DNA from: a virus
DNA: 64,000 nt
Direction: 5' to 3' (one strand)
IMG/VR virus record: IMGVR_UViG_3300032893_000001
Location: 1-64,000 of that record
A model generated the notes under the pieces. The model searched no databases. It was given only the letters and a program-made list of their open reading frames with translations, and was not told the origin of the DNA. A program made the position numbers and the translations under genes. Each line of letters opens with the position of its first letter. The stretch's first letter is position 1. Of this stretch, positions 44,590-54,576 are shown in pieces.

Positions 44590-46292
44590 ACAAGCTCTCC
44601 GATCGAGGGTACCTGGATACGAATCTCTGGGTACCCAAAGTCCACTTCAACGTTGAGGGCGTGAAGCGCGCCCTCACGTTCTCGTACTTGGAGGGGAAGG
44701 ACCGTATCCCCACGGATCTCCCCCTCTACCGAGAGACGGCAGATCATCTGGTCGTGCCGCGTGAGTTCTGGCCGCGCGACCAACTTCCGTTCGAGATCGT
44801 CGATTGCCGACCGCAGCGCTACTCGCGCTCTCCTGTTCGGAGTCGCATCACGCTGGACCACAAAAGGCAGAACGACGGCTCCCTCATTCCCACTGGCAGC
44901 GACGTTCAACGCAAGTCGGTCGATGCGTTGATGAGCGCGCGCGGTGGCATTCTCCAACTTGCCTGCGGTAAGGGCAAGACAGTCGTCTTCCTGGAGGTCA
45001 TTGCTCGTTCGGGCATGCCAGGACTGATCGTGGTCGATAACACGCAGCTTCTCGAGCAGTGGTCGGAGGCGATCTCCACCTTCTTGGATGTTCCTGGCGG
45101 CGTCGGCCTCATTCAAGAGCAGACGTTCGACTGGAAGAAGTGGGTCGTGCTCTCGACATACCAAACCCTCGCAAGACGCGCAGCCGACATGCCAGAAGAA
45201 GTTCGTCGGTGGTTCGGCATCATCGGCTGGGACGAGGCGCATCACGTCAACGCACCGACGTTCTCTCGAAGCGCAGACTTGTTCTACGGGCGCCGGTACG
45301 GTCTCACCGCGACACCCGAACGAGAAGATGGCCTGCACGTCATCCACGAGTTCCACTTCGGCAAGGTTCTCTACCGAGACCTCGTTCAGGAGATGCGTCC
45401 ACGCATCTACTTCACGTACACAGGACTCGAGTTGAACATGCAAGACCCTGCGGTGGTCGACGCGACTTGCACGGACAACGGTGAGCTGCACCTGTCCAAG
45501 CTCGCCGTCTACTTCGGACAGTGGCGCCCGCGCCTCGACTTCATCCAGAACGAGATCCGCAACGCCCTCGCGCAAGACCGAAAGATCCTCGTGCTCTCGA
45601 ACTCCATCGACGAGCTCGTGAATCTACTCGCGCTCTGGAATGGCAACACGGAGCTCTACACCGACATCAGTGTCGATCCGAGCGAGGTCGGAGAGACCGT
45701 GCAACCGCAACGCCTCGACGATGTCGCTCTTGCGAAGATGCTGACGGCCATCAGCAATCTCGAGACGGCGTTGCAAGACGCGTCACTCGACAAGGACGTC
45801 TTCGAAGGGCTCGAGAAGGAGATCGCGATCTACAAGAGCACCATCAAAGCGCATGAGGTGTTCGAGAAAGTCGAAGCCCTTCGACGGAAAAAGCAACGTG
45901 AGTACATCGCTCGAACCCTGCGTAAGGACAGTGACGCAGGACTGATGATTCACCGTGTCGATCCGAAGCATCGGATGAAGATGCTCAAGGAGAAGAGGGT
46001 CACCTTCGCCATCATGAAGTACGGCAAGGAGGGCCTCGACAACCCCGCGCTCGACACCGTGATCATTCTCGAGCCGATGAGCTCGAAGAACATGCTTCAG
46101 CAGGTGATGGGCCGAGTTCTCCGTCACAAGGAAGGAAAGAAAGCACCGGTCGTCGTGGTGCTAGAAGACAACATCGGGCCGATGATCGGCATGTGCCAGA
46201 AGATGCGGAAGCACCTTCGACAGTGGCCTATCGACGACGGCGGTCCGTACGAGTACGAGCTACTGAACTACCCCAAAGGAAGAAAACGATGA
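44586..46292 (+). CDS. Superfamily 2 helicase (DEAH; UvsW/XPB-like)
   Basis: ACGKGKT, DEAHH, GLTATPER, QQVMGRVLR. Confidence 0.9.
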   Translation: MNKLSDRGYLDTNLWVPKVHFNVEGVKRALTFSYLEGKDRIPTDLPLYRETADHLVVPREFWPRDQLPFEIVDCRPQRYSRSPVRSRITLDHKRQNDGSLIPTGSDVQRKSVDALMSARGGILQLACGKGKTVVFLEVIARSGMPGLIVVDNTQLLEQWSEAISTFLDVPGGVGLIQEQTFDWKKWVVLSTYQTLARRAADMPEEVRRWFGIIGWDEAHHVNAPTFSRSADLFYGRRYGLTATPEREDGLHVIHEFHFGKVLYRDLVQEMRPRIYFTYTGLELNMQDPAVVDATCTDNGELHLSKLAVYFGQWRPRLDFIQNEIRNALAQDRKILVLSNSIDELVNLLALWNGNTELYTDISVDPSEVGETVQPQRLDDVALAKMLTAISNLETALQDASLDKDVFEGLEKEIAIYKSTIKAHEVFEKVEALRRKKQREYIARTLRKDSDAGLMIHRVDPKHRMKMLKEKRVTFAIMKYGKEGLDNPALDTVIILEPMSSKNMLQQVMGRVLRHKEGKKAPVVVVLEDNIGPMIGMCQKMRKHLRQWPIDDGGPYEYELLNYPKGRKR

Positions 46293-46795
46293 ACGAAGAC
46301 AACGCACTCTGGGCAGTCGTACGCGCCGCTAGCGGCGATCTCTACCTGATGAACATCATCTCCGTGTTCGACGAGGAAGGGCAGCCGATCGTGAGCACGT
46401 CTCTGAAAGAGACGGTGATGAAGCAGTTCATGAAAGGCCGGCTCGTCCTGAAGGCGCTGCCCGCTCACGAGTACGCCGTGTCCCTCGGGCCGTCGCCCGA
46501 AGGCGGCATCGTGAAGAGGAGCTTCGTGACGCCGCTCGGAACGACGCTCGGCAGCCCACCGCTCTACCTGAAAGATGTCGCCTCGATCTACTTCGTCGAG
46601 GACATGGACGAATCCGACAAGAAGGTCCACCAAAGCTACATCGAAGAAGCGGCACGGACCATCGAGCACGCACGGCAAGCAGGAGGTCCTTCGAAAGAAA
46701 CGGCAGGGTCGCCTCTGATGATGCCGCAGATGCCGCCGGGCATGTCGATGGCGCAGCTCGCGCAGATGATGCGAGGGCAGGGTCCGAAACCGTGA
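46289..46795 (+). CDS. Hypothetical protein
   Basis: ATGA-coupled start MNEDNAL. Confidence 0.65.
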   Translation: MNEDNALWAVVRAASGDLYLMNIISVFDEEGQPIVSTSLKETVMKQFMKGRLVLKALPAHEYAVSLGPSPEGGIVKRSFVTPLGTTLGSPPLYLKDVASIYFVEDMDESDKKVHQSYIEEAARTIEHARQAGGPSKETAGSPLMMPQMPPGMSMAQLAQMMRGQGPKP

Positions 46796-47673
46796 TGGAC
46801 GCCCGCAAGTCGCTGCACGTGCTGAACCAGGAGTGGTCGAACTGCACGCGCTGTGAACTTGGCACGCACCGGATGGCGGTGAACGGCGAGATGGTCTTCG
46901 GAGAGGGTGAGCCTCGTGCCATCCTCTTCGTTGGCGAAGGCCCTGGAAAGAACGAAGAACGCCAGGGCCGGCCGTTCGTTGGAGAGTCGGGAGGAATCTT
47001 CCGCACTGTCCTCAGCCAATTCCGGTTCGACAAGTTCTACGTGACCAACGTCGTAGCGTGCCGTTCTTGCACGCCGATGACGACGGCAGACGGCTCTCCG
47101 ATGTTCGGCAAGTCGTTCGGCAAACGCCCCCCGATGCCGCTATACCGAGACGAGCCGCCGTCTGCCGTAGCCGTGTCTGCTTGCTTGCCGCGGCTGCTCG
47201 AAGAGATCTATCTCGTCGACCCCGTGCTGATCGTCAGTCTTGGAGCAAAAGCCGCTGAAGCACTGACCGGCAAGGCAGTCGCGATCACCCAGGAGAGGGG
47301 CAAGGAGCGACACATCACCATTCCAGGAGCGTCGCATCGTGCGTCGCTCACAGAGAAGAAGGGTGCCTGGATTCGAAAGATCGGGGGCAAGACTGTTGCC
47401 CCGACGGAACCGAACGAGGTCCGCTACCTTCTTCTTCCAACGCTGCACCCTGCGTACGTCCTACGATCGCTGTCGGACAAGCGCAACAACAGCGCGCTAC
47501 GCCAGTTCGCTTCCGACATCCGAAAAGCGGTGCGCATCTACGAGCAGTACATGGTCGAGGTGTTCGGTGTCACCGTAACGACGAACAGCAACGCAACGGA
47601 CGAGCAGATCGAGGAAACGATCGACAACCTGCGCGAGCGGGAGGAGGACGAGGATCAATATGGCCAAGGGTAA
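46792..47673 (+). CDS. Uracil-DNA glycosylase, family 4
   Basis: CTRC, GEGPGKNE, GRPFVG, TNVVAC, HPAYVLR. Confidence 0.9.
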   Translation: MMDARKSLHVLNQEWSNCTRCELGTHRMAVNGEMVFGEGEPRAILFVGEGPGKNEERQGRPFVGESGGIFRTVLSQFRFDKFYVTNVVACRSCTPMTTADGSPMFGKSFGKRPPMPLYRDEPPSAVAVSACLPRLLEEIYLVDPVLIVSLGAKAAEALTGKAVAITQERGKERHITIPGASHRASLTEKKGAWIRKIGGKTVAPTEPNEVRYLLLPTLHPAYVLRSLSDKRNNSALRQFASDIRKAVRIYEQYMVEVFGVTVTTNSNATDEQIEETIDNLREREEDEDQYGQG

Positions 47674-48109
47674 CGCGCGAACTCCGAAGACCGTCGTCGA
47701 CATCAAAGAGATCCCGGAGGTCGAGCAGCTCCTCGAAACCGAGAAGAAAATTCAGGAGCTCATCGACAGCAACCCGGACTTCTACAAGAAGCTCGCGGAG
47801 CTGGTCGAAGAGCGCAACACGTACTTGCAAGCCGCCGAGAAAGTCGTTCGTGCCAGCGGCGTCTCCTGCGGACCGTTCAACAAGCTCTCGGAGACTGTCG
47901 ACATCGACGTCGAGAAACTCTTCGACGAGCTCGGACCGGACGGCTTCGCAGAAGTCGGTGGCTACACCGAGAAGGTGACCACGTACAAGCTCGATCGCAC
48001 GCGGTTCATCTCCCACCTCGAGGCAGGGCACGTTCCGCAGGAAGTCAAAGAGACCTGCGTCGGCGTGAAGCGTAGCTACAAGAAGCCGGAGACGTACAAG
48101 CTGCCATGA
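47660..48109 (+). CDS. Hypothetical protein
   Basis: 149 aa, GAGGA RBS, typical codon use. Confidence 0.7.
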   Translation: MAKGNARTPKTVVDIKEIPEVEQLLETEKKIQELIDSNPDFYKKLAELVEERNTYLQAAEKVVRASGVSCGPFNKLSETVDIDVEKLFDELGPDGFAEVGGYTEKVTTYKLDRTRFISHLEAGHVPQEVKETCVGVKRSYKKPETYKLP

Positions 48110-48435
48110 TGAACTACAGCAAATCGATCACCGACCTCGACGGCAACGAGATCAAACGAGAAGGAGGAGCCATCAAGAACGACCGCGTACGTGACCTCCT
48201 CGGCGACGAGAAGGCGCAGGTCGAAGTTCTCGTTGGCACGACACTGGGCTTCGGTGAAGCGAAGGTACACGTCGCAGTCCGCCTGACGTGCAACCAGGAC
48301 GAGGCCACCGTCTTCGAAGCGGGAGAGATTGCCTACCGCACGGCGAAAGAGATCGCTCGAAGCAGCCTCGACGATCTCGCGCCGCCTCTTCCGAACATCG
48401 CTGCATCACCTCCGCCGGCAGGCACCCCCCGATGA
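48106..48435 (+). CDS. Hypothetical protein
   Basis: ATGA-coupled, 109 aa. Confidence 0.65.
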   Translation: MMNYSKSITDLDGNEIKREGGAIKNDRVRDLLGDEKAQVEVLVGTTLGFGEAKVHVAVRLTCNQDEATVFEAGEIAYRTAKEIARSSLDDLAPPLPNIAASPPPAGTPR

Positions 48436-48782
48436 GAAAAGGCACGCTCAAGCCAAACGCGCTCGCGATCGCAAGCCTCGAAGCCGACTTCATCAACCCG
48501 CCAACGGGGAAGATGACGGCGAAGGCCGCCTTCGTGAATCTGGAAACGGGCGCAACGCACGGATGGACGACGCACCAGACCTGGTCCCCGTCGACCATTC
48601 AAAAACTTCGCGAGTTGAAGGACGCGATGGAGGCAGACATGGCCGCCGCCCACTTCCTCGAGGCGGGCATCGAAGAACCCGGCGGAATCACGATGCCTGC
48701 CACCTCTTCGCGCGTCGTTTCGCCTGGCGGACTCGGGGAACACCTGGATAGTCAAGGAGAAGACGCCGAATCGATTGCATGA
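48432..48782 (+). CDS. Hypothetical protein
   Basis: ATGA-coupled start MRKGTLKP. Confidence 0.65.
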   Translation: MRKGTLKPNALAIASLEADFINPPTGKMTAKAAFVNLETGATHGWTTHQTWSPSTIQKLRELKDAMEADMAAAHFLEAGIEEPGGITMPATSSRVVSPGGLGEHLDSQGEDAESIA

Positions 48783-48880
48783 GGCGCGCGTCGGTTGACT
48801 TCTTCGATGCCCTCGAGCATCGTGAGCAGTCCACGGAGCGCGCGTCATGATCTACCCCCAGACGCACTGACGACGGAAAA

Positions 48881-48917
48881 AGAAGGGCGGCCGCAAGGTA
48901 CGCCCTTCTCCTTTTTT
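48881..48917 (+). terminator. Intrinsic terminator
   Basis: AGAAGGGCG...CGCCCTTCT followed by CCTTTTTT. Confidence 0.75.
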
Positions 48918-48937
48918 CTACCCCCGAGACGACCGAC

Positions 48938-48964
48938 GCAACTCTGCGCGCCACCCGGTATAAG
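48938..48964 (+). promoter_or_regulatory. Candidate phage promoter GCAA-N15-GGTATAAG
   Basis: Directly after a terminator and before the replicative helicase gene. Confidence 0.5.
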
Positions 48965-48999
48965 GGCTGCGCGCAGGACAACTATTGCAAGGAGGCACC

Positions 49000-50412
49000 A
49001 TGGCTCACATCGAGATGCAGCTACTCAGCCGCATCGTACGAACAGGCGCCCTCGCCGCTGCCCTCGACTGGGGTATCGTCCCGAACGACTTCCGTACCAC
49101 GGAAGGCCGCGGGCTGTTCGTCAACATCCTTGGCTACTGGCGTGCGAACGACACGCAGGGTGCCATCCCCGGCCCCTTTCTCATCAAGGAGGCGTACCCG
49201 ACCTTCGAATTTTGTGATGACCCGTCGATGACGACGGAGGCGCTTTGTACCGAAGTTCGAAAGAACCGTCTCGCACTCGAAATGAAGGAGTACATCGGCA
49301 ACCGTCTGGAGGACATCGACGTCGACCCGATGGGGGCACTCAACAGCCTCGTCAGCGAGTTGCAACGACTACAGAACGTCGGGTTGAAGAACTACGACTC
49401 CCACTTCGATGACGCGATGGAGGAGCTCCTTCTTCGCTACAAGAACGCCAAGGACGGCGTAGGCAACTCCTCGCTGCTCTGGCCATGGGAACCGTTCAAC
49501 GAGCAGACACTCGGCATCCAAGAGGACGACTACATCGTTCTGTACGGTCGACCGAAGAGCATGAAGTCCTTCGTGTTGTCCGCGATGGCTGCGAGCGCAT
49601 ACGACCAGGGAAAGAAGGTGCTCGTCTACACGAAGGAGATGCCCGCTTGGCAGCTCTTCCGCCGAGTCGGAGCCTTCATCGCTCGCCTGCCATACAGCGA
49701 GCTTCGTCTTGGCCGCTTGAGCCCAGAAGACGAGCAGAAGCTCAACGATCTCTACATGATGGTCAGAGAGCAATCGAAGGCCACGCAGGGTAGCCACAAC
49801 ATCATCTGCATCTCGGGACGTGACGCTCCTGCGGGTCAGGACAGCATGTCGTGGGTCCGCAGCAAGGTCGACAAGTACCAACCAGACATCGTCTTCATCG
49901 ATGGCCTGTACCTGATGAGCGCCGATGGCAAACCCGGTAAAGACCACGAGCGTGTCGCCTCGATCTCTCGAGCAGCACGCGACATGGTCCTCGGAACGCG
50001 CATCCCGCTCGTCGCTACGATGCAAGCCAACCGCAACGCGGCGAAGCACAACAACGCGGAGCTCGACGAGATCGCGTACTCCGACGCCATCGGACAAGAC
50101 GCAACGGTGGCTATTCGTTGCATCAACGATCGATCGGATGAGCATCCGACCGTGTCACTGGTCATCGGTGGCTCCCGCGAGTTCAAGCTCCACGGAGTCA
50201 AGATCAACGCGCGCCCCTGCGTCGACTTTTCATTCAACCGCGAGATGACGGAGAAGGAAATCTCCAAGGCCGCTGAGAAAGACGCTGAGGGTGGCGAAGA
50301 CGAAAAGAAGAAGAAAGCGATCACGCGGCAGCCCGTGACGAAGATGAACAAGGACAACGTTCCGACCTCCACCATCTCCGAGGTCAAGGAAAACATCAAA
50401 GACATCGTATGA
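49000..50412 (+). CDS. DnaB-like replicative helicase
   Basis: AAGGAGG RBS; variant Walker A GRPKSMKS, IVFIDGLYLM, QANR, SDAIGQDA. Confidence 0.85.
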   Translation: MAHIEMQLLSRIVRTGALAAALDWGIVPNDFRTTEGRGLFVNILGYWRANDTQGAIPGPFLIKEAYPTFEFCDDPSMTTEALCTEVRKNRLALEMKEYIGNRLEDIDVDPMGALNSLVSELQRLQNVGLKNYDSHFDDAMEELLLRYKNAKDGVGNSSLLWPWEPFNEQTLGIQEDDYIVLYGRPKSMKSFVLSAMAASAYDQGKKVLVYTKEMPAWQLFRRVGAFIARLPYSELRLGRLSPEDEQKLNDLYMMVREQSKATQGSHNIICISGRDAPAGQDSMSWVRSKVDKYQPDIVFIDGLYLMSADGKPGKDHERVASISRAARDMVLGTRIPLVATMQANRNAAKHNNAELDEIAYSDAIGQDATVAIRCINDRSDEHPTVSLVIGGSREFKLHGVKINARPCVDFSFNREMTEKEISKAAEKDAEGGEDEKKKKAITRQPVTKMNKDNVPTSTISEVKENIKDIV

Positions 50413-51389
50413 CCATCAACACCGAAGTCCTCGACGTCGTCTCGAAGTTCCTGGACGGCGCACGACGAAGCGGCCCTGACAACGTCATGGCCATCTGCCC
50501 CTTCCACGTGAAGGCGGAAACAGGACTTCCGGAGAAGACGCCGTCGTTCGCAATCTCGCTCACGACAGGCTTGTGGATGTGCCACGCCTGCCACGAGAAG
50601 GGGAACCTTCGAACGTTCCTGCGGGACATCGGCGTTCCCGGCAAGACGATCGACACGTTCTACAAGCCGTTGCTCGAGCAGATCGAGGAGCGTGCAGCGC
50701 GGCAGACTCGCAAGGCTCAGCGCATCTTCAGCGGCCTGACCAGCGGTGTTCTCGAGGAGAGCAGTCTCGGTCTCTTCGAGCATTGCCCGCTGTCCCTCCT
50801 CGAGGAGGGCTTCTCCGAAGACACGCTGAAGCACTTCGACGTCGGCTACGACACGAAGAACAACCGTATCACGTTTCCTATCCGGGACATCCTCGGGCGA
50901 CTTGTCGGCATCAGTGGCAGAGCGACGATGGACGATCACCCGCGGTACAAAGTGTACTCGGAGAAGGAATACAAGGCTTGGGGACTGACGCCCATCTCCA
51001 CGGACAAGAGTCACATTCTCTGGAACGCGGAGCGCGTCTACCCCGAGTCCTGGTTCGACAAGTCACCTGCCATTCTCGTGTGCGAAGGATTCAAGGCGTG
51101 CATGTGGTCATGGCAGGCCGGCTTCAAGAACACCGTAGCGCTGATGGGGTCCTTCCTTTCCCCGTACCAGCGCGCGGTACTTGAGCGCATGGGTGGTGCG
51201 GTCTACTTGTTTCTCGACAACGACGAGGCTGGACAGAAAGGAGTCATGCAGATCAGCCGACGGCTCGCCCGGACCCTGCGGGTGCGCGTCGTGCAGTACG
51301 AAGAACGTCAACCAACCGACCTGAGCCCACAACAAGTCCAAGAGGCCGTCTCGAAGGCGGTGGACTACATCGGGCCGATAGAGAGGTAA
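50409..51389 (+). CDS. DnaG-like primase
   Basis: CPFH...CHAC Zn finger; TOPRIM CEGF and LDNDEAG. Confidence 0.9.
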   Translation: MTINTEVLDVVSKFLDGARRSGPDNVMAICPFHVKAETGLPEKTPSFAISLTTGLWMCHACHEKGNLRTFLRDIGVPGKTIDTFYKPLLEQIEERAARQTRKAQRIFSGLTSGVLEESSLGLFEHCPLSLLEEGFSEDTLKHFDVGYDTKNNRITFPIRDILGRLVGISGRATMDDHPRYKVYSEKEYKAWGLTPISTDKSHILWNAERVYPESWFDKSPAILVCEGFKACMWSWQAGFKNTVALMGSFLSPYQRAVLERMGGAVYLFLDNDEAGQKGVMQISRRLARTLRVRVVQYEERQPTDLSPQQVQEAVSKAVDYIGPIER

Positions 51390-51391
51390 CA

Positions 51392-52570
51392 ATGTTCGGA
51401 AAAGATCCCACCAGGCTGGGCCGTGTGCCCGCTTTCGGTGGCTCGCTCAACCAGCGCGCTACCGCTTTCAAGGACCATTCGCGTGGACCGCGCACGACCC
51501 GTGGCCGTCGCTTCAGCGACGAGTACAAGCCGCCCATGGGTCCTCACGCACTCGACGTCGGCCGCCTGCTTCCCGGCAACTACACCGTGCAGATCGCCGG
51601 TGACGAGAAGGGCGAAAGCCTCGCAGAGGTGCAACTCGAGTTCTTCCCGTTCGTCGAGCACTTCGACGGACGCACGAACAAGTCCAGCGTCTGCTCGGGT
51701 GGTCCGCTGCACAACTTCAAGGGCAAGCGGGACGACTGCCGCGGATGCGACATGTTCTACGAGGGCCTCGGAGCACCGAAGGGGACGACGAAGCGCATGT
51801 CGAAGCGCGACATGTTCGTCTTCAACTTCTTGCACATGGCTCCGTACCACAAGGTGGAGTCGCTCGATCAGAACACGGGGCAGATCCGCGTGAACGAGCG
51901 TGGCGAGCCCTACTACGACTGGCATCCGTGCGAAGGTCGAACCTGCACGGCGTGCAAGGCCGGCAAGGAGACGAAGCACGGGCGTGTGCGCCCCTGGCCG
52001 ATGGGGTACTCGCACTTCAACACGCTGATCGAGGCGTACAACCCGCTCGTGGGCAACTCGTGCGCAAGCTGCGGCACCAAGAACAGCATCCGGTCCATCG
52101 CCTGGGTGTGCCCCGTCGAAGGCTGCGGCGAGGCGATCATCGACCTCTCGACCACCACCATGACCGACGCGGACATCGCGAAGATCGTGATGCGAGAAAT
52201 CGAGTGCCCGGCCTGCAAGAACCGAGTGATGGCGCAGGAGATGTACGAGTGCACCGCATGCGGCAATGCGCGCCGTGCCTCGATCTTCGACGTCAACATC
52301 CACGTTCAGCGCATCAACAACTCGAAGGAGGGGGGCAACCAGACGACGCTCATGGTGACGGACTGGTCACACCCCTGCCCGATCGATCCATCGTTCACGG
52401 AGATCGCAAAGCCGCTGCCTCTCGACAAGATGTACGCTCCGACGCCCCTCGAGGTGCAGGATCGTCTCTTCGAGGCGCAGGGCGCAGGACCCGTCACGAA
52501 CCAGGGGTACCGCCCGTACGGCGGCGGACAACCCGTCGGTGGACCGCAGGGACCCAACTACGGACACTGA
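51392..52570 (+). CDS. Multi-CxxC protein, putative ssDNA-binding protein
   Basis: Between primase and polymerase; strong codon bias; at least six Cys pairs. Function is inference. Confidence 0.55.
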   Translation: MFGKDPTRLGRVPAFGGSLNQRATAFKDHSRGPRTTRGRRFSDEYKPPMGPHALDVGRLLPGNYTVQIAGDEKGESLAEVQLEFFPFVEHFDGRTNKSSVCSGGPLHNFKGKRDDCRGCDMFYEGLGAPKGTTKRMSKRDMFVFNFLHMAPYHKVESLDQNTGQIRVNERGEPYYDWHPCEGRTCTACKAGKETKHGRVRPWPMGYSHFNTLIEAYNPLVGNSCASCGTKNSIRSIAWVCPVEGCGEAIIDLSTTTMTDADIAKIVMREIECPACKNRVMAQEMYECTACGNARRASIFDVNIHVQRINNSKEGGNQTTLMVTDWSHPCPIDPSFTEIAKPLPLDKMYAPTPLEVQDRLFEAQGAGPVTNQGYRPYGGGQPVGGPQGPNYGH

Positions 52571-52578
52571 GCACAACG

Positions 52579-52611
52579 AGCCCGCGCTGAGGAATCGGCG
52601 CGGGCTTTTTT
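52579..52611 (+). terminator. Intrinsic terminator
   Basis: AGCCCGCGCTGA-GGAA-TCGGCGCGGGCT followed by TTTTT. Confidence 0.8.
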
Positions 52612-52626
52612 CTTTCTGGAGGATGA

Positions 52627-54576
52627 ATGGCCTGGAACATCTCGATGCCAGACGCCGAGTGGTACACCTCGGAGACCGATCGACGAGCGCTGATGCAGAT
52701 CGTGCAAGAGGTGAAAGAGAAGAGTGTCGTTGCGATCGACACCGAGACGACCGGCCGCAACTACATGCGGGACATCCCGTTGTACTGGTCGATCTCCTAC
52801 GAGACGGACATGCCCGGCCGCTTCCGTCGCATTTGCATGCGCTCCGACACGATGCAGTTCTTCCGCGAGTCCTTCAAGGACGAGAAGAAGGAGTGGGTCT
52901 TCGCGAACGCGAAGTACGACATGCACATGTTGTACAACGTCGGCATCGAGTTGAAGGGCACGATCTGCGACACCCAGGTCATGCACGCGCTGCTCTATGA
53001 AGAGGAAAGCCACTCGCTCGAGAACATGGCCCGCCAAGTCCTGGGGTGGACATGGAAGGACGACTTCAAGACTGGCTTCAAGAAGGAAGGCCCGAAGGCG
53101 TTCCTCACGCGTCTCGAACAAGAAGACGTAGGTCGTCTTGCCGAATACGCTTCGAACGACGCGTACGGCACCCTCTTCATCCGCAACAAGCTGAAGAAGG
53201 AGCTCGAGGAAGCTATCACCTGGAGCCTCTACCCCGAGTTGTACGACACGCTGCACGACGTCTTCTACAAGATCGAGTCGCCGTTCACGCGGGTGCTCTG
53301 GAAGTGCGAACGCAACGGATTCTTCATCGACGAGGAGTACCTGAAGGCTGCCGACGTTCCCGTGACCGCGGAGCTCCAAAGAATCGAACGAGAGATCGTG
53401 AAGATGGTCGGGCGGCCCTTCAACACCAACAGCTCGATGCAGCTTCGCCAGTACTTCTTCGAGGAAAAGAAGTACCGTCCCCTGAAGCTCACCAAGGGGG
53501 GCAAGACAGGAAAGAAAGAGCCGTCGACGGACTTCGACACGCTCGAGTTTCTAGCGGGCGAGTACCGAGACCCGGTTGCGGAGCTGATGCTCAAACAGCG
53601 TGACCTCAGCAAGCTGAAGGGCACGTACATCGACGGCATCCGTGACCACCTCGACCAGTGGGGGCGCGTTCACTACAAGTTCAACCAAGACGTCGCGCGA
53701 ACTGGTCGTCTTTCCTCTTCGGAGATCAACTGCCAGAACATCCCGCGCCCCGACACGGACAAGTACCGCATCCGCCGTGCGTTCATCTCAGAGCCGGGGA
53801 ACAACCTGATCGTCGCCGACTACGAGCAGCTCGAGATGCGTCTGCTGGCTGCCGCGGCCCTCGAGAAGGACATGATCGACATCTTCCTCAAGGGATGGGA
53901 CATCCACATGGGCAACGCCTCGCTCGTGTTCAACATCCCGTACGAAGACCTGGAGAAGGCCAAGAAGGTCGACAAGAAGGTCAAAGCCGGCGAGCTGCCC
54001 GAGGCGGAGATGACGGACTACTACCGCAAGTGCCTGGAGGCGAGGCAGCACGTCAAGACCATCGGCTTCGGTCTCAACTACGGCATGAAGGAGAAGAAGC
54101 TCGCCAACGACCTGCGTATCACGAAGGAAGAGGCCATCAACCTGATCAACAGGTACATGGACCGCTACCCTGCGGTGAAGAAGTTCTACGCGGACAGCAT
54201 CGGCGTTGTACGGCAAACGGGGTACGCGTACACGCTGTTGGGACGTCGTCGCTTCCTGCCCGAGATCAACTCCACGCAGAACGACATCCGCTGGCGTGCA
54301 GAGCGGCAAGCATCCAACGTTCCGATCCAGGGCACTGCGGCTGACGTCGTGAAGATGGCCATGATTCTCTGCGATCAAGCCAACCTCGTCGACGAGTACG
54401 GCTTCCACATGCTGCTTCAGGTTCACGACGAGCTCGCCTTCGAAGGTCCAGAGGAGACGACGGAGGAGTGCCTGAAGGTCATCAAGGAGATCATGGAGGA
54501 CTCGCTGCCGACCAAGCTCGCGGTTCCACTCGAGGTCTCCATCGGTAAGGGCAAAAGCTGGATGGATGCGAAGTGA
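52627..54576 (+). CDS. polA: DNA polymerase family A with 3'-5' exonuclease
   Basis: DTETTG, NAKYD, YASND exonuclease motifs; TGRLSS, ADYEQLEMR, KTIGFGLNYG, QVHDEL. Confidence 0.95.
   Translation: MAWNISMPDAEWYTSETDRRALMQIVQEVKEKSVVAIDTETTGRNYMRDIPLYWSISYETDMPGRFRRICMRSDTMQFFRESFKDEKKEWVFANAKYDMHMLYNVGIELKGTICDTQVMHALLYEEESHSLENMARQVLGWTWKDDFKTGFKKEGPKAFLTRLEQEDVGRLAEYASNDAYGTLFIRNKLKKELEEAITWSLYPELYDTLHDVFYKIESPFTRVLWKCERNGFFIDEEYLKAADVPVTAELQRIEREIVKMVGRPFNTNSSMQLRQYFFEEKKYRPLKLTKGGKTGKKEPSTDFDTLEFLAGEYRDPVAELMLKQRDLSKLKGTYIDGIRDHLDQWGRVHYKFNQDVARTGRLSSSEINCQNIPRPDTDKYRIRRAFISEPGNNLIVADYEQLEMRLLAAAALEKDMIDIFLKGWDIHMGNASLVFNIPYEDLEKAKKVDKKVKAGELPEAEMTDYYRKCLEARQHVKTIGFGLNYGMKEKKLANDLRITKEEAINLINRYMDRYPAVKKFYADSIGVVRQTGYAYTLLGRRRFLPEINSTQNDIRWRAERQASNVPIQGTAADVVKMAMILCDQANLVDEYGFHMLLQVHDELAFEGPEETTEECLKVIKEIMEDSLPTKLAVPLEVSIGKGKSWMDAK

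Noticed and set aside
48780-49217. Selenocysteine or stop readthrough at TGA 48780 into in-frame ORF 48795-49217
   Set aside because: The downstream frame crosses a terminator and promoter and overlaps the helicase out of frame; the peptide looks non-coding and there is no redox motif context.
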